Below, piece by piece: positions 12,741 through 26,296 of a stretch of 64,000 nucleotides of DNA; within the stretch, counting starts at the first letter, position 1, and every line of letters begins with the position of its first letter. The position numbers and the translations under genes were made by a program. Source of the DNA: Octopus vulgaris (lineage: Eukaryota); assembly GCA_951406725.2 (NCBI GenBank), contig OX597833.1, forward strand, positions 33,046,001-33,110,000, given 5' to 3'. Below the pieces are notes generated by a model. The model was not told the origin of the DNA and made no database searches. It saw only the letters and a program-made list of their open reading frames with translations.

Positions 12741-13760
12741 TCTTTGTTAGAATGGAACCGATATATCAATTCAATCTAGACTCTTACAAACGCTACACCT
12801 TTAAAAAGAAATGGACTTGTTTGATTGGCCCTTTAGAAAAAAAACGGTCAATCTTCGAGCGATAAACAAAAAGGTCAAAAGTATATGTATATATATATAA
12901 AAAAGCTTATAAAAATTATAAAAATTATAAAATCCGAGGAAAAAACCTTACATTGAATAAAATACATATTGACATTAATGAAGAAAGTATAAATTAATTC
13001 ATAGGAATTAAACCTGTTATAAATATTACACTGCAATACATATTTTTATTAAAATGTGCATATATATATCAACATACACAAAAAGGATGCGCGCCAACGC
13101 CATACATATACAGACGTATGAATATAAATCTAAATATACACATAAATGCATGTGTACATATATTCACGCAAAACCATCTCGCACGCAAGTTAAAAATCGT
13201 GTATGTAGCGATTCTCATATACTGAGTAAGGGGGGAACGAAAGAAAGGAAGAGAGAGAAAAAGGAACGAAGGAGGGGTGGGGAAAAAAACGAAATAAGAA
13301 AACATTATGTATACAATCTGTGTAACGGCGTTATTGGCATATATGGAGGCAAGTATACAAACAAGTTCGTATGGATACATACATACAGTCGTGTATATGT
13401 GTGCTTAAGCACAAACATACTCTCACTTACACATACACAGATACGCATGCTTACAAATACATATCCTCGGCTATACATATACTTACATCAACATTTTAAT
13501 TTTGACAACATTGCTTTTTTTGAAAAAAACATTGCTTTTTAAAAAAGAATGGGTGCATTAATAAAAATATATACGAAAGACATATAAAATAAAATAACAC
13601 CCTATTTTGGATCATTTATAAATAATCAAGGTAATCCTATACAATACAGTAACCTGAAAACAGGGTCGAAGGTTTTTTTCTGATGTATATGTAGAAACAT
13701 AAGACTTTGCTATACGGATTAAGATCCGCATAGCTTGGAAAACAAAATCCATTGTAGCGC

Positions 13761-15946
13761 TCATCGTTCAAGAGTCAAAATCAAAATTTCAAAAATCAAA
13801 AATACAAAATATATACTCTGTCCATATGGTATATTTATATTCGACATTTTAAATTTAGCCGCGTGCCTACATAAGTTCATTAGCTCGCTTCTTTGATTCA
13901 AAGAATTATTGTCTTTGAATAAGATGTACATTTTTTCTAATAGACAAAGTTTGCACTTGAAATTATTTTTGTAAGCTCCATGCCTGTATGGTGCCGCCCT
14001 GTCCAGAATGCTCCATGTCACGTTGAAAGGTGGGGCTTTCTTTTCTTTTAGTTCCCAGACGTATTTTGCTAGGCTGGTCTTCCTCCTATTCTCTGGGTAT
14101 TTAAATTAATTTTTATGAGAATAAAATCTTGTTTTAAATGAATTTTCTGAAGCCCCTGTGTATGTCTTGTATTCTGATGAGCCTTCCACTTGCACCTTGG
14201 CTCTATAAACTACTCCTTTCACTAGACATTTCCCTTCTAACGGACAGGAGCTTTCGTTTTTGCAATTGCATTTCTTAATGGGCTCGGCACCATGTCTAAT
14301 CTCAATTAGCTTCCTATTATGTTGGCTAATGTAAGAGGCGAAATTTCTGCAACAAGAATAGCTAACTTTTAGGGTTCTTCTATTAAAACTCCTATAGAAT
14401 TTATGACCCTGCTTAAAATGCTTAGAGACTAATCTCAAAAATTCCTTACCTATATTAGTCTTTACGGCCAAATTGAAAGCCGGGTTGAACCACAAAACTT
14501 TCCTGGTCCTAGTTCTTCGTGCAGCATTATTATCAGCATTAAGCTGGTTGAACTGGATCTTCTCAGAGAGTCCACTATTCTTTAATGCGCTATCGTAATA
14601 AGGTGCAGCATTATGGAATGCTGCCTCGTCCGAAGAAATTGAAGATATTCTTCTACCTACATTGCTGACTAAGTTCCTAAGGATAACTGGTGGATGGTTT
14701 GAATCTTTGCTAATATACGATAGCTTTTCATTGGGCTTACGGAAAGGTTTAAATCTATCCGATCTTACATTAAAATTTACGTCTAAAAAATCTACACTAT
14801 TCAGGTTAGCATCTATCGTAAAGCCCATCCTTTGAAAGAAAGCTATGAGGTCCTTCCTAAGTCTATCTGATTCATGGCCGTTTAGATTATGCGTGGCTAT
14901 AAGGCCGTCATCCCTATATAAACCTGCATCTATAAAAGGGAATTCTATTTTTAGATTATGGAGAATAAAGGCTCCTATGAGCATACATAACTCAGCCCCG
15001 TCGTATGCCCCCATCGGTACATCGAAAAGAGAATCCTCGGTCTTCTTAATCCAGGTGGAATCCTCGAAAAAAAGAAGCGATTTCCTCGCATGCATAATAA
15101 TATCAATTTCCGAGCTATCGATGTTGACATATTGCTTGGCGAAGTCCAATGCCCTTAGGAGCAACGTCCTAGATATTGACGGGTAAAAGTCAATAATGTC
15201 GAATTGTGTGAAACTACAATTATTTTTATAGCTAATACCTTTAAACCACTCTATGACTGACTTACTATTCTTCCAAATTCTCAAGTCCACTTCGCTATCT
15301 AACTTAACTAAAATACGGTCCAAAATATTTTTGCTAATAATTCCTATCTCAGTTTTAGCCAGATTTATCAATCTACATTTGGGGTTTCTACTAAAATTGG
15401 CTTTATGGTCTTTCAGAGTGATAAAAGCTGGTCGTGGTGAAAGATATTCAATCCTATCGCTAATCTTAAGATCGTTAGCTATTCCTCTTGCTTCTAAGTT
15501 CACCTCTTTGTATATATTCGTGTTGTCTTTTTGTATGTGTCTGTGACACTATTCGAAATCAGGCGCTTATAAACGTCCTTATCAAGTGCATATAAGTTCC
15601 TTGTCTTGTCAGAATTAACGAAGATCTTATTCGAGTCGTTAATCTCCTTAATTTTTTCTCTCATATTTTTCTGCAATTCGTTGGTATATTTGCGGAATTT
15701 AATTTTCCTAATAAGCTCGAAAAGGTCTTTCTCGAAGGCTTCTAATTCCGGAATAGGTGGCGGGTTTCTGGGAGATTTAAATCCATATTTGTTTCCTTCT
15801 ATTTTCTGTTTATTATCAAAGAAGAAGGCTTTCCATCTCAATCTTCGAATAAACTCTTCCGTTTTCTCTATAAGACCTTTGAGATATTGTTTCCGTGCAG
15901 GGATAGGTATATTTTTCTGAGAAAAATCCAGCGGGTAAAGTTCCAT
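13761..15946 (-). pseudogene. PLE reverse transcriptase + GIY-YIG endonuclease, with one frameshift and one TAA
   Basis: KNIPIP..RRLRWKAFFF, SDKT, FDIIDFYPSI, PMGAYDGAELC, YRDDG, CNCxxxxxCPL, VVY..YTG, CKLC, CRH. The frameshift lies in the A-run near 15530 and the in-frame TAA is at 14106-14108. Confidence 0.92.
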
Positions 15947-16117
15947 CTTTTTCAGCTGTTTGTTCTTCCTACTTGTGCAGAGTCGCTCAAACTTTTATAA
16001 GGAGCGGGTTACACCGGAGTAAACACATAAATGTGAAACAAGGTGGAAAAAAGAGTACTCAAATACCAGTGGTAGAGTAATATGCTTTATTTTAAGCAGC
16101 AGAAAATTCAACAAAAT

Positions 16118-16155
16118 CTGTTACTCTGAGTTTCTCGTTGCCGTTCATCAGACAG
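16118..16155 (-). ncRNA. Minimal type I hammerhead ribozyme in 5' pLTR
   Basis: Identical to 12703-12740 (offset 3415). Confidence 0.8.
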
Positions 16156-16796
16156 TTTTTGTTAGAATGGAACCGATATATCAATTCAATCTAGACTCTT
16201 ACAAACGCTACACCTTTAAAAAGAAATGGACTTGTTTGATTGGCCCTTTAGAAAAAAACGGTCAATCTTCGAGCGATAAACAAAAAGGTCAAAAGTATAT
16301 GTATATATATATAAAAAAGCTTATAAAAATTATAAAAATTATAAAATCCGAGGAAAAAACCTTACATTGAATAAAATACATATTGACATTAATGAAGAAA
16401 GTATAAATTAATTCATAGGAATTAAACCTGTTATAAATATTACACTGCAATACATATTTTTATTAAAATGTGCATATATATATCAACATACACAAAAAGG
16501 ATGCGCGCCAACGCCATACATATACAGACGTATGAACATAAATCTAAATATACACATAAATGCATGTGTACATATATTCACGCAAAACCATCTCGCACGC
16601 AAGTTAAAAATCGTGTATGTAGCGATTCTCATATACTGAGTAAGGGGGGGAACGAAAGAAAGGAAGAGAGAGAAAAAGGAACGAAGGAGGGGTGGGGGAA
16701 AAAGGAGGGGTGGGGAAAAAAACGAAGGAGGGGTGGGAAAAAAACGAAATAAGAAAAAATTATGTATACAATTATGTATACAATATATATATATAT

Positions 16797-16829
<33 letters not shown>

Positions 16830-16904
16830 CAGATGAATATGGTACTTGAGTTGAGGCACCAGAATTATCCATACAGTATTATCCATGCAATTTCAAAATA
16901 AGGT

Positions 16905-17582
16905 GATTAAAATCAAAATAAGCAACAAGGATATCCAGAGGTTTCATGCAACTCCATTTAATTGAACAATGCAATCGTTACATCAGTTTAAAACACAGAG
17001 CAATCAGCTGCACAAAGACATAAAATTTAATTAAATTAGAACAGATGAACACATTAGTATAATTATACCTAAAATCTCCAAGAAGTTAAAGAGATAGACA
17101 AAGAACATGCTGTCTCACTCCAGTTTAGAATTTACTGAAATTTCAAGAACATATACATTGTTACAGACTCTGCCCGTCACTGATTTTTGTTTTTATGGGG
17201 TCAGTTTTAACTTATAGACTAGTTTATCAAATCCCTTGTATATCAAATGCTGAGAGAACAGAGGGCATTATCTGTTAGGTGTAGGGCTGGGGGAGCAGAC
17301 AAACATCATAGTTGGTATAGTCATAAAAATCAAGATTTATCAGAAGCAATATCACGAGGTATGATAAAGGAAAACTTAAAAGAAGACGTTAGCTGATAAT
17401 TAAGAGGGTCGCCCACTAGCAGACCATTGATAATGAAATGAGAAATCTTGCCATGTAGTACTATAATTAAATATCTTAAACAACGTTGCCACATTGACGT
17501 AATGATTGCATTGTTCAATCAAATGGAGTTGCATGAAACGATCGTACTGCATTACCTCTGGATATCTTTGTTGCTTATTTTG

Positions 17583-17586
<4 letters not shown>
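16905..17586. mobile_element. Fold-back PLE remnant with partial HHR
   Basis: About 16905-16985 is inverted at about 17493-17586. The HHR 3' half GAAA-cgatcg-TA lies near 17535-17546. Confidence 0.55.
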
Positions 17587-17642
<56 letters not shown>

Positions 17643-17643
17643 A

Positions 17644-18017
17644 TTTTGGAATGGTCATTTTGCCAGTTTAGCCAATAAAAACCCACGCACTATATATTTG
17701 GTATTGCTTTGCTTCAGTGTTATTTATTTTTTGCATTAATCTTAATCGTATTTCGGCCAGAGTTCTTTCGTCACACTCCTGTGACCGCATCAGTGGTCCT
17801 TTGCTTTCTTCTTTCTTATTTGTGTGTCTCTCCTTACTAACCGTCAGCCATTTTGTATTTCTATTGTATGGCGGTCACAGGAATGTGACGAAAGAACTCT
17901 AGCCGAAATAAGACTAAGCTTAATGTAAAAAATAAATAACACTGAAGCGAAGTAACACCAAATATATAGTGCGTGTGTTTTTATTGGCTAAGATGGCAAA
18001 ATGACCATTCCGAAAAG
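17644..18017. mobile_element. Fold-back PLE remnant with HHR variant at 17755-17799 (-)
   Basis: Arms at about 17644-17788 and 17871-18017. Minus strand: cca-CTGATGC-g-gtcaca ggag tgtgac-GAAA-gaac-TC-tgg. Confidence 0.65.
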
Positions 18018-18143
18018 CATATCTGTTTCAACACAGATATGTGTTTCAACACGATTTCACATAAAAAAATCTTGCACAACAAATACATAAACGTATATAT
18101 ATATATATACACATATATACATATATATATATATATATATATT

Positions 18144-18215
<72 letters not shown>

Positions 18216-18739
18216 TACATATACATATATACATATACATACATACACATATATATCGATAAGAAAGACGGAGTGTACTGTAAGCTTTAATTAGCACGAC
18301 GATTGTCTCGGCTTACATCTGCACTACTCCATCGTGGGTAGAGGCCGATATAATGGAGCAGTGCAGAAGAAACCTAATCACGTAGCATAATATGTTACAG
18401 TATTATAATATGTTCATTTCACTGTGTGTGGCAGGATAGTGTTGGTATGATTCGTGCGTTTATAGTAGTACACCATTCCATATACATGTATATAGACACA
18501 CACACACACAAACACACACAAACGCACGCACACACAGACACACACACATACACACACACACACACATACATGTATATATGTGCGTGTCTATATACATGTA
18601 TATAGATTGGTGCACTTCCTGAAAAGAGCATCGTATGGTTGTACATGCCTTATTATAGACCAAGTCAGATCATATTTCATCTTATTAAATTTGAGTTGCC
18701 ACAGGTACTTATTTTATTTTGTTGCCATTGGCGCCACTG

Positions 18740-18872
18740 ACACTTATTTTATCGGCCCCGAAAGGTTGAAAGTAAAATTCGACGGCAGCGGAATTTGGTC
18801 TCAGAACATAAACACGGACGAAATGCCGCTAAGCATTGAGCCCGATATACTAATGATTCTTCTAGCTCTACT
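18740..18872 (-). mobile_element. Degraded Nin-domain-like SINE
   Basis: acttattttatcggccccgaaagg..gaaag..aaa.tcgac..cggaatttg..ctcagaac. Confidence 0.7.
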
Positions 18873-19113
18873 ATAGGTTACTTCGGACATTTGGCTGAAA
18901 CGAAAACCATTCCCACCCTACGAATAGTTCGATTGAACGACATATATATAATACATGATATAATACATCTATGCATACACACACACATTTATTTATTGCT
19001 GGTGAAGACCGGTGTGCAGGGTTTCCCTCAGTTTCTCGCCATAAAGGATATCGTTATGGCGTAGTGAGCTCCTTCTCCTGATATATGATTTTCTAAAAAT
19101 AACGATTTATCTA

Positions 19114-19178
<65 letters not shown>

Positions 19179-19453
19179 AGACACGCACAGACTCACACAC
19201 ACACACACACACATTGATACATATGTGTGTGCGCGTGAGCAAGTGTGTGAAAAATGCTTTTAGGCATATGATAGAACCAGTGTTTAAAGATAAATGATAG
19301 CTTTATCTTATCTACTTCAGCCAGTGCAGATGGTGACGTTTTGTAATAATTACACAACGTAGACATATTACGCGATAAAAAAAAGTGATTTAAGTGAAGC
19401 CTATGTTCTTTATAGAAATATAAACTGTTATTAAGGTAAACTAAAATAATAAT

Positions 19454-19523
<70 letters not shown>

Positions 19524-19668
19524 CGTAATTGTTGATCACTATATATCAACGCTTTTGTAGACACATATACATCCTTTCCCCACACGCAGCTATGCATGTA
19601 CAAACACGTGATACATGTACTTACATATACATACATACATACACACATATATATATATATACATATAC

Positions 19669-19701
<33 letters not shown>

Positions 19702-19706
19702 ATATA

Positions 19707-19744
<38 letters not shown>

Positions 19745-19949
19745 ATGTATATATGTATGTATATATATATATATGCATATATGCATATAAATATCGTAGC
19801 TGCTTTCTCGTATACGAGCAAAGCCATTGCTACAATGAATCACTGAAATGAGTCATTGTTGATGTAATGTGAGGCCCGACAAAAGATTTGCACATTTTAT
19901 TGCATAATACACAGCTGTAATGGCTAGCACAAGGAACAGCTGCCACAGT

Positions 19950-21360
19950 ATGAACTCTTTTGACATGCTTTTACAATCCTCCAACTGAGAGGCACAGCTT
20001 TCCACAGGTTGCACATGTTCTGTTGTGAATAACAGCCATATCGCAATTTACCACGGGTCGATTACTGTGAGTTCTCTGATGATTGACCAGGCCCGCACGA
20101 CCCAAGCACCTCCTCCCACAAACCACACTCATAAAAAGCAACACTCCCTCATCTTCCGCAGGTTCATTCCTTCTTAGCCTTCTCTTAATCTTTTCATGCT
20201 TCATTTTCTCTCTTTCAAACCTCGAAAAACCACGGTGCACTCTCTTCTCTCATCTATCTTGGTCTGAACCTCATTTTGGGTTTATGTGCTGGTCTCCTAC
20301 CATATTCCAGCTCACTATAAAAAGTTGCCCCACCTTAAACGACTTCGCAGAATCATTGATTCTACACTTCTACTACCTCTTTTCTCAAGTACCTCCACAA
20401 CACTGATGACCATGCTCCGATTTGTCCCCAAAATGTTCCTAAGACGATATTGAAGGTATCGTTCTAGATGCCTTAAATGCCTACGATAAACAACCAATGT
20501 CTCACTTCCAAATAGCAAAGAGGGCAGTATACATGTGCTATCAACCCTAACTTTACCTTGGAAAGATATGCTATAACGTTACCAGGGACGATCGACTTCA
20601 GTGAGTCTATTGAGCAACTCACCACAATGCTTTTACCATCTCCCAATTATACCTTTAGGATTTTCTAATAATTCTGTGCCATCCTTGCTACGAAGTGGAG
20701 CAACCGTTGATGAAGTTGGACCATAAACTTTTCTCAAAAGTGAGAGTAAAAAATGTGGAATTGCTAGCATTTGAAGCTTCTTAGATTCCATTGCATCTAT
20801 CACTCCAATAATTTTCCTCCATCATTCTCAGCTTCCTCTACACTGTTGCTTTTACAGCCTTGAAATGTGTAACCGCTGTCCTGATCATTTAAAAGTCAGC
20901 ATTTAGCAACATGTTGAATGCCTTTCTCTTCTTTACGATAAGACTAATTTCTTTATCATTATCGTCTACAAAACCAACTGTTTCTACAAACCTCATAGAT
21001 TCTCTTTTTGAACAAATTCCAACTTCCATCACAGGACAAATTTTTTTATCTCACTCACAAACTCATTGTCTACTGACCGTATTTTAAGTTTATTGACATT
21101 TAGGTTTTATTGACATTTCGGTAACTTAACATTGTTTCTTCTTAACTTAGGCTTGACAATAAAATTCACCTTAGCACGCAAAAGGCTATGTTCCATCCAG
21201 CACTCTGTACCACGCATATATACATTCTACACATACACGCGTCCACACACATTCTTGAATGTCCTTTGACCACTCATTAGTTCTTCTGCCCTTTGACAGG
21301 TCCTATTTTTCGTCTCACAGGATGTCCAACAAGCACCCTCCTCACCAAGCAAGCTCGGTG
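19950..21360 (-). mobile_element. Decayed, internally deleted RTE-like LINE
   Basis: LLFGSET..YRRHLRHLER..RLRNILG..RLRW and CGRRCLGRAGLVNHQRTH finger. Confidence 0.7.
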
Positions 21361-21438
21361 GAGTTGCCAATTTAGTCGCCGATAACCCGGCCATGTAATA
21401 TGTTGTACTGTATTACATGTTACCAGTATATATCTGTA

Positions 21439-21662
21439 CAATTGTAGCGTGGAAGATGTTTGTAAAACATTTAACAACACACAAAAAACCGTTAGATTCA
21501 CTTCAACATTTGAATTTAATTTAAATTTAATTTAATTTAAACGTTGAAATGAATCTAACAATTTTGTGTGTTCTTAAATGGCTGACAAACATATTCCACA
21601 CTGCAACTGTTTTGTTTCAGCACACGATCTCTGATCAAGTCACTTGCTGTGCAAGTACACCT

Positions 21663-21663
<1 letters not shown>
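21439..21663. mobile_element. Fold-back remnant, same family as 29082-29362
   Basis: Arms at about 21439-21511 and 21538-21611. Shares gtggaag.tgtttgtaa..catttaa.aa.acacaaaa.ccgtt.gattcacttcaacattt. Confidence 0.7.
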
Positions 21664-21758
<95 letters not shown>

Positions 21759-21766
21759 ACCTGCGT

Positions 21767-22900
21767 CAGTCTTATTAGTTCACCTGTATTAATTTAGAAA
21801 AAGATGCATAGTCCATCAAAGGAAAGCTGTTTTTGAAAACAAACTGCTACAAATAATCTTGAGAACCATCTTATCACACTTATTCAGTGGATTCACTGTT
21901 AACATCAATGACTGCTTTAATACAGGGTCGGAAGCGTTGACATGCCTGAATCAAATGATCTTTATCAATTTTGGACATAGTGCTGATTATGATGGACTTG
22001 AGAGATTGTACGGTATATTTTTCGGAGTTGGGGGTGATCGACCTCTTCCTTGACTGTGCCCCAGACGTAATAGTCCAGTGGATTGAGGCCTAGAGAGCTT
22101 GGAGATCACGTCTCTGGGAGAAGATGAGGATGGAGAATGGCATACATCTCTGCTTATGCTGTCCTTGCCTTGTGAGACGGTGCAGTCTTGTCAGAAGAGT
22201 TTCGTACTCTGTGTATCCAGAACCTCACTACTTTCTCCAACACCTCTGCGGCATTGATTCTTAAGCCCTGTGGAAAAAGTGGGGAGGCATGACATTTCTC
22301 TCGTTGCTAACGACTCCCAGGACTAACATAGCTGCTGGGAAGTTAGTATGCATGACGGTCGGAACCTAACTGAGTATCGTTCCTTTGATTTGCTTTTGTT
22401 CCTGCTCAAGGTTTTACTTATCAGAGAAAAAAAACAATTCATTCCATCCTCTTAGTGTTTTAACTTGCTTAGCAAGCTCTTTGTGTATGGATCTAACAAC
22501 GTAAACTGACCATTCCGCATCACGTACGACTTGTACCACTTGTCCTCAAGCATAACACATCTGATGGTGCATTCTGAAAGCTTGATGATCTTCGTAATGG
22601 CTCTAATTGGCTTTTCGGGTTTTTCGGGGATTTTAGATTATTTCTCGGATGTTTTTGTACAGAGTTATGAATTATGATGTTATTAGGATCTTGTGCATAT
22701 GTTTTGTATATAGCTGCTGATGTTGTCTGCCAGTCAGCAACATCCAGCTACTTTTAAACGTTGACAAAGAAGGATCGGTCAACTTGCGGAAGCAAGCTAT
22801 TTCTGAATGACTATACTGCGCTTTTAAGGTAACGATTTCAACTTGCTGTTTCATTTGCTGAGTCAACCTGACGTCTAACATTATTTATCTGGAACAAAGG
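21767..22900 (-). mobile_element. Decayed Tc1/mariner-superfamily transposon
   Basis: The minus strand near 22060-22095 encodes SLGLNPLDYYVWG, a match to the SPDLNPLDY motif. Confidence 0.6.
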
Positions 22901-22957
22901 TACGAAAAAGTAAGTTCGAAGAAAGTTAGAGCACTTGAAAGAGATGTCCTCAAAAAC

Positions 22958-23930
22958 TTGATGGTACCTTGTATACATGCACAGTGCAACGGTTTCAGAA
23001 TAGAATTTAGTTACACGCCAAACCCTAAGCCCTCCAGGAGAAAGCGCTACCAGAAAGTGTTGTGTTTCACACCACCCTTTTCTGTAAGCGTTAAAACCCG
23101 AGTAGGTAAGATTTTTCTTGGCTTAGTAGACAAGCTCTTCTCCCGTACAAATAAGTTAATAAGCACACTTTGAGAATTCCATCTTGCTGTGCACCCAGTG
23201 TAAAGAATATTTTGGAAGGTAGGCCAATACTTGAGACAGAAGGAAGGTGCTCATGTAGAGGTAGCACAACGTATCCACTGAACGGCCACTGTAATATGCA
23301 GACCGTCGTATACGAGGTAGATTTAAAAGCAATATGACCAAATGACCAAACGTGCGAAAGTACGTAACAAACACCTTTCAACACCCTGTAGAGACGTAAC
23401 GCCACAACCTTCTATAGCAGTAGGAAGGGAAGATTATGCCTGGTTGAGAAAAGAGCGATTTTAAAGAGCTCCCAGCTCACATGCATTTACCCGAATAGCA
23501 GAAGTGATTTTTTTTTAATCTTTGGAAACATGAAAGGAAGTACATCATATTATAACTGCGTGCCCCAACACGACTATAATCACCAATCCCCCCCATTTCG
23601 GCCCTTCATTTGTACCTGGGAATCCGGTCAAGAACACAAAACTTAAAGACAAACATTTCTCACAAACACTTTTCTAGTAAGCTCTTGCCGACTTGTAACA
23701 ATACCATCGTAAGAGACGATGTCTTGACACCAAGGTACATAACTCCGGATGTGTCTCTTCACCTCCAACAATTGAGAGCAGTCGTCATACTTCATTGCAT
23801 AACGGCTACCTCTGAAGAGTGCTCTGTTATATATCGGACTGTTACCTAACACTGCGTTGAACCCCTATTGCGAAACCGATTGGTAAGATCAGCCGTGATA
23901 GATATATAACATACTGTATACTACGATTAA
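22958..23930 (+). mobile_element. Decayed 3' half of a Naiad-type PLE with HHR
   Basis: [32 protein letters not shown] resembles RTRKVLWFNPAFNLAVKTNIGKEFLRLVSK. About 22988-23088 is repeated at about 25929-26029. Confidence 0.75.
23802..23896 (+). ncRNA. Type I hammerhead ribozyme with canonical core
   Basis: acggctacct-CTGAAGA-gtg...tgc-GAAA-ccgattgg-TA-agatcagccgt. Confidence 0.65.
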
Positions 23931-24469
23931 TATTAATATATATATCTCTTATTATTAAAGGCAGATTTTATCTGCCTCCCTTTGTCTCTTATAGAAATCT
24001 ACAATATAGGATTTCTTCAATTACAATTTACCTAGCATTTTTAAGAGTAGAATGCATCGGGTCGTGCCAGGTCCAGTTTTTAAAATTTCAACCCCAATTA
24101 AGCAAAATTTAGAGAAAACTCACATTGTGGTGTGTATGTCAAGTGCTTTTCTTAGTTTGGGCTACAGCACACACACACACACACACAAACGGAGCGAACT
24201 GTTTCACTGACGCTATCACCCTAATTTCTCCCATCGATTAAAGTGAAAGTAATTCACTTTTTGTAGTGAGTGACTCTTTCACTTTGCATTCCCACTTCCT
24301 CTTTACACACATAGACACGCAAATAAATAAATAAAATTGTAAGCTAACGTATGTGTGTGTGTGTGTGTGTGTGGTGTGTGTGTGTGTGTGTGCGTGTATG
24401 TGAGTGTGTGTGTGTGTGTGAGGGTGCGTGTGTGTGTGTGTGCGTGTGTGTGAGTGTGTGACAGGAAAG

Positions 24470-24980
24470 TTTTTTGGGACGAATATAAGACCTAAAGTAT
24501 TTCCAAGTAGCAGAAAGATCGCCCAAAAGTGTATATAGATATTTAAATGTATTTATATATTCATCTATACACAGATGTATGTATAATGTGTGTGTATATA
24601 TTTCCATAGAGGTAACCTTTCACTCCATACAAAGTTTTTTAGGACGAATATAAGATCTAAAGTATATACAAGTAGCAGAAAGATCGCCCAAAAGTGTATA
24701 TAGATATTTAAATGTATTTATATATTCATCTATACACAGATGTATGTATAATGTGTGTGTATATATTTCCATAGAGGTAACCATTCACTCCATACAAAGT
24801 TTTTTAGGACGAAAATAAGATCTAAAGTTATCTCTAAGAAACAGAAAGATCGCCCAAAAGTGTATATAGATATTTAAATGCATTTATATATTCATCTATA
24901 CACACATGTATGTATAATGTGCGTGTATATATTTCCATAGAGGTAACCATTCAATCCATACAAAGTTTTTTAGGACGAAA
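24470..24980. repeat. About 167-bp tandem repeat x3 inside the Helitron
   Basis: aaagtttttt.ggacgaa.ataaga.ctaaagt...agaaagatcgcccaaaagtg recurs at about 167-bp spacing. Confidence 0.9.
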
Positions 24981-25230
24981 ATATTTATATATAAAAGAAA
25001 GGTTGTGTGTCTGTCTACTCCGATTTAGATTCCTAACTACTCCCACATTTTGCGATGCAGTTTAACCAAAACCGGGTATCTTATAGTCGTCATTCATATC
25101 GAGCCCTTCTGGGTATTAGCGCGCGTCTACGATGAGTCTACGATTTTACAAATAATTTACCATCATTTTTTTCCATTTTAATGCATATTTTTTTAAATAA
25201 AGGGAAGTAACTCTCAAACTTCACACCAAT

Positions 25231-25752
25231 ATGCGTGCTCATATGCGACGTAATATCACATCAGCAGCATTTCCTCACACTCTCCTTGCACTTGGCGAAG
25301 GCAAAATACCAGGGGATGAAAATGGTAATATTGCCATCGATTCCATTTGTACCATTGTTAAGACGCCTTCTGATCTCAGAGATGCAGTGTTCCCAGATCT
25401 ACAAGCTAATTATCAGAATATGGATTGGATTGGCAAAAAGGCTATACTGGCCCCAAGGAATAAAACTGTTCACCATATTAATGATGAAATGCTAAAACTC
25501 ATTCCTGGGGAAGTCTATGTATATCAGTCTATCGATACAACTCCTGACCCAGAGGACGTCATCAACTATCCAATAGAGGTACTCAATTCCTTTGAGCACC
25601 CCGGACTACCACCACACTTTCTCAAACTTAAAGTTGGTGCCCCTATAATGCTCATCAGAAATTTGGTTCCCCCAAAACAATGCAATGGCACACGTTTGAT
25701 CGTTAAGTCCTTATCTCCCACCGTAAACTTATATCAATATTTGCCTGAATAA
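25231..25752 (+). pseudogene. Helitron Pif1-family helicase fragment
   Basis: [44 protein letters not shown]. Confidence 0.9.
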
Positions 25753-26042
25753 TCATCATAATTCAGTGCAATCATTAACAGTACTTTCAAGCAATTCAGC
25801 CCCGAGCAACGCCGGGCAATTCTGCTAGTATAATATAAGATAAAATTTTACGAAAAAATTTCTATCAATGGCGAGCATATCAAAAATACCTTTAAAGGTT
25901 AAATTTATAAGTTGTTTATATATATATAAACGGTTTCAGAATAGAATTTAGTTACACGCCAAACCCTAAACCCTCCAGGAGAAAGCGCCACCGGAAATTG
26001 TTGTGTTTCACACCACCCTTTTCTGTAAGTGGTATGAAACAT

Positions 26043-26230
<188 letters not shown>

Positions 26231-26296
26231 GATAAACTTATTTGGAAATGGATGCGTGGCGTTCAATCAAATAATAATATAAATTATATATATATA

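Larger units (their letters stand above)
12672..16772 (-). mobile_element. Near full-length Penelope-like element (Naiad-type) with partial tandem pLTR, inserted in (TA)n
   Basis: Direct repeats at 12672-13317 and 16087-16772 flank an RT-GIY-YIG ORF. Each repeat carries an HHR. Confidence 0.92.
23945..25828 (+). mobile_element. Non-autonomous Helitron carrying a Pif1 helicase fragment
   Basis: 5' TC, 3' hairpin gcccgagcaacgccgggc followed by CTAG, A|T target, and helicase ORF at 25231-25752. Confidence 0.85.

Noticed and set aside
14106-14108. Possible selenocysteine readthrough in the Naiad-type ORF
   Set aside because: The in-frame stop is TAA at a likely Ser position, not TGA at a Cys position. 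The TGA at 15500 results from a frameshift.
18293-18386. Further HHR-like traces (also about 3775-3795, 36860-36900, 37990-38090, 53735-53785)
   Set aside because: Cores are too degenerate or incomplete to call.
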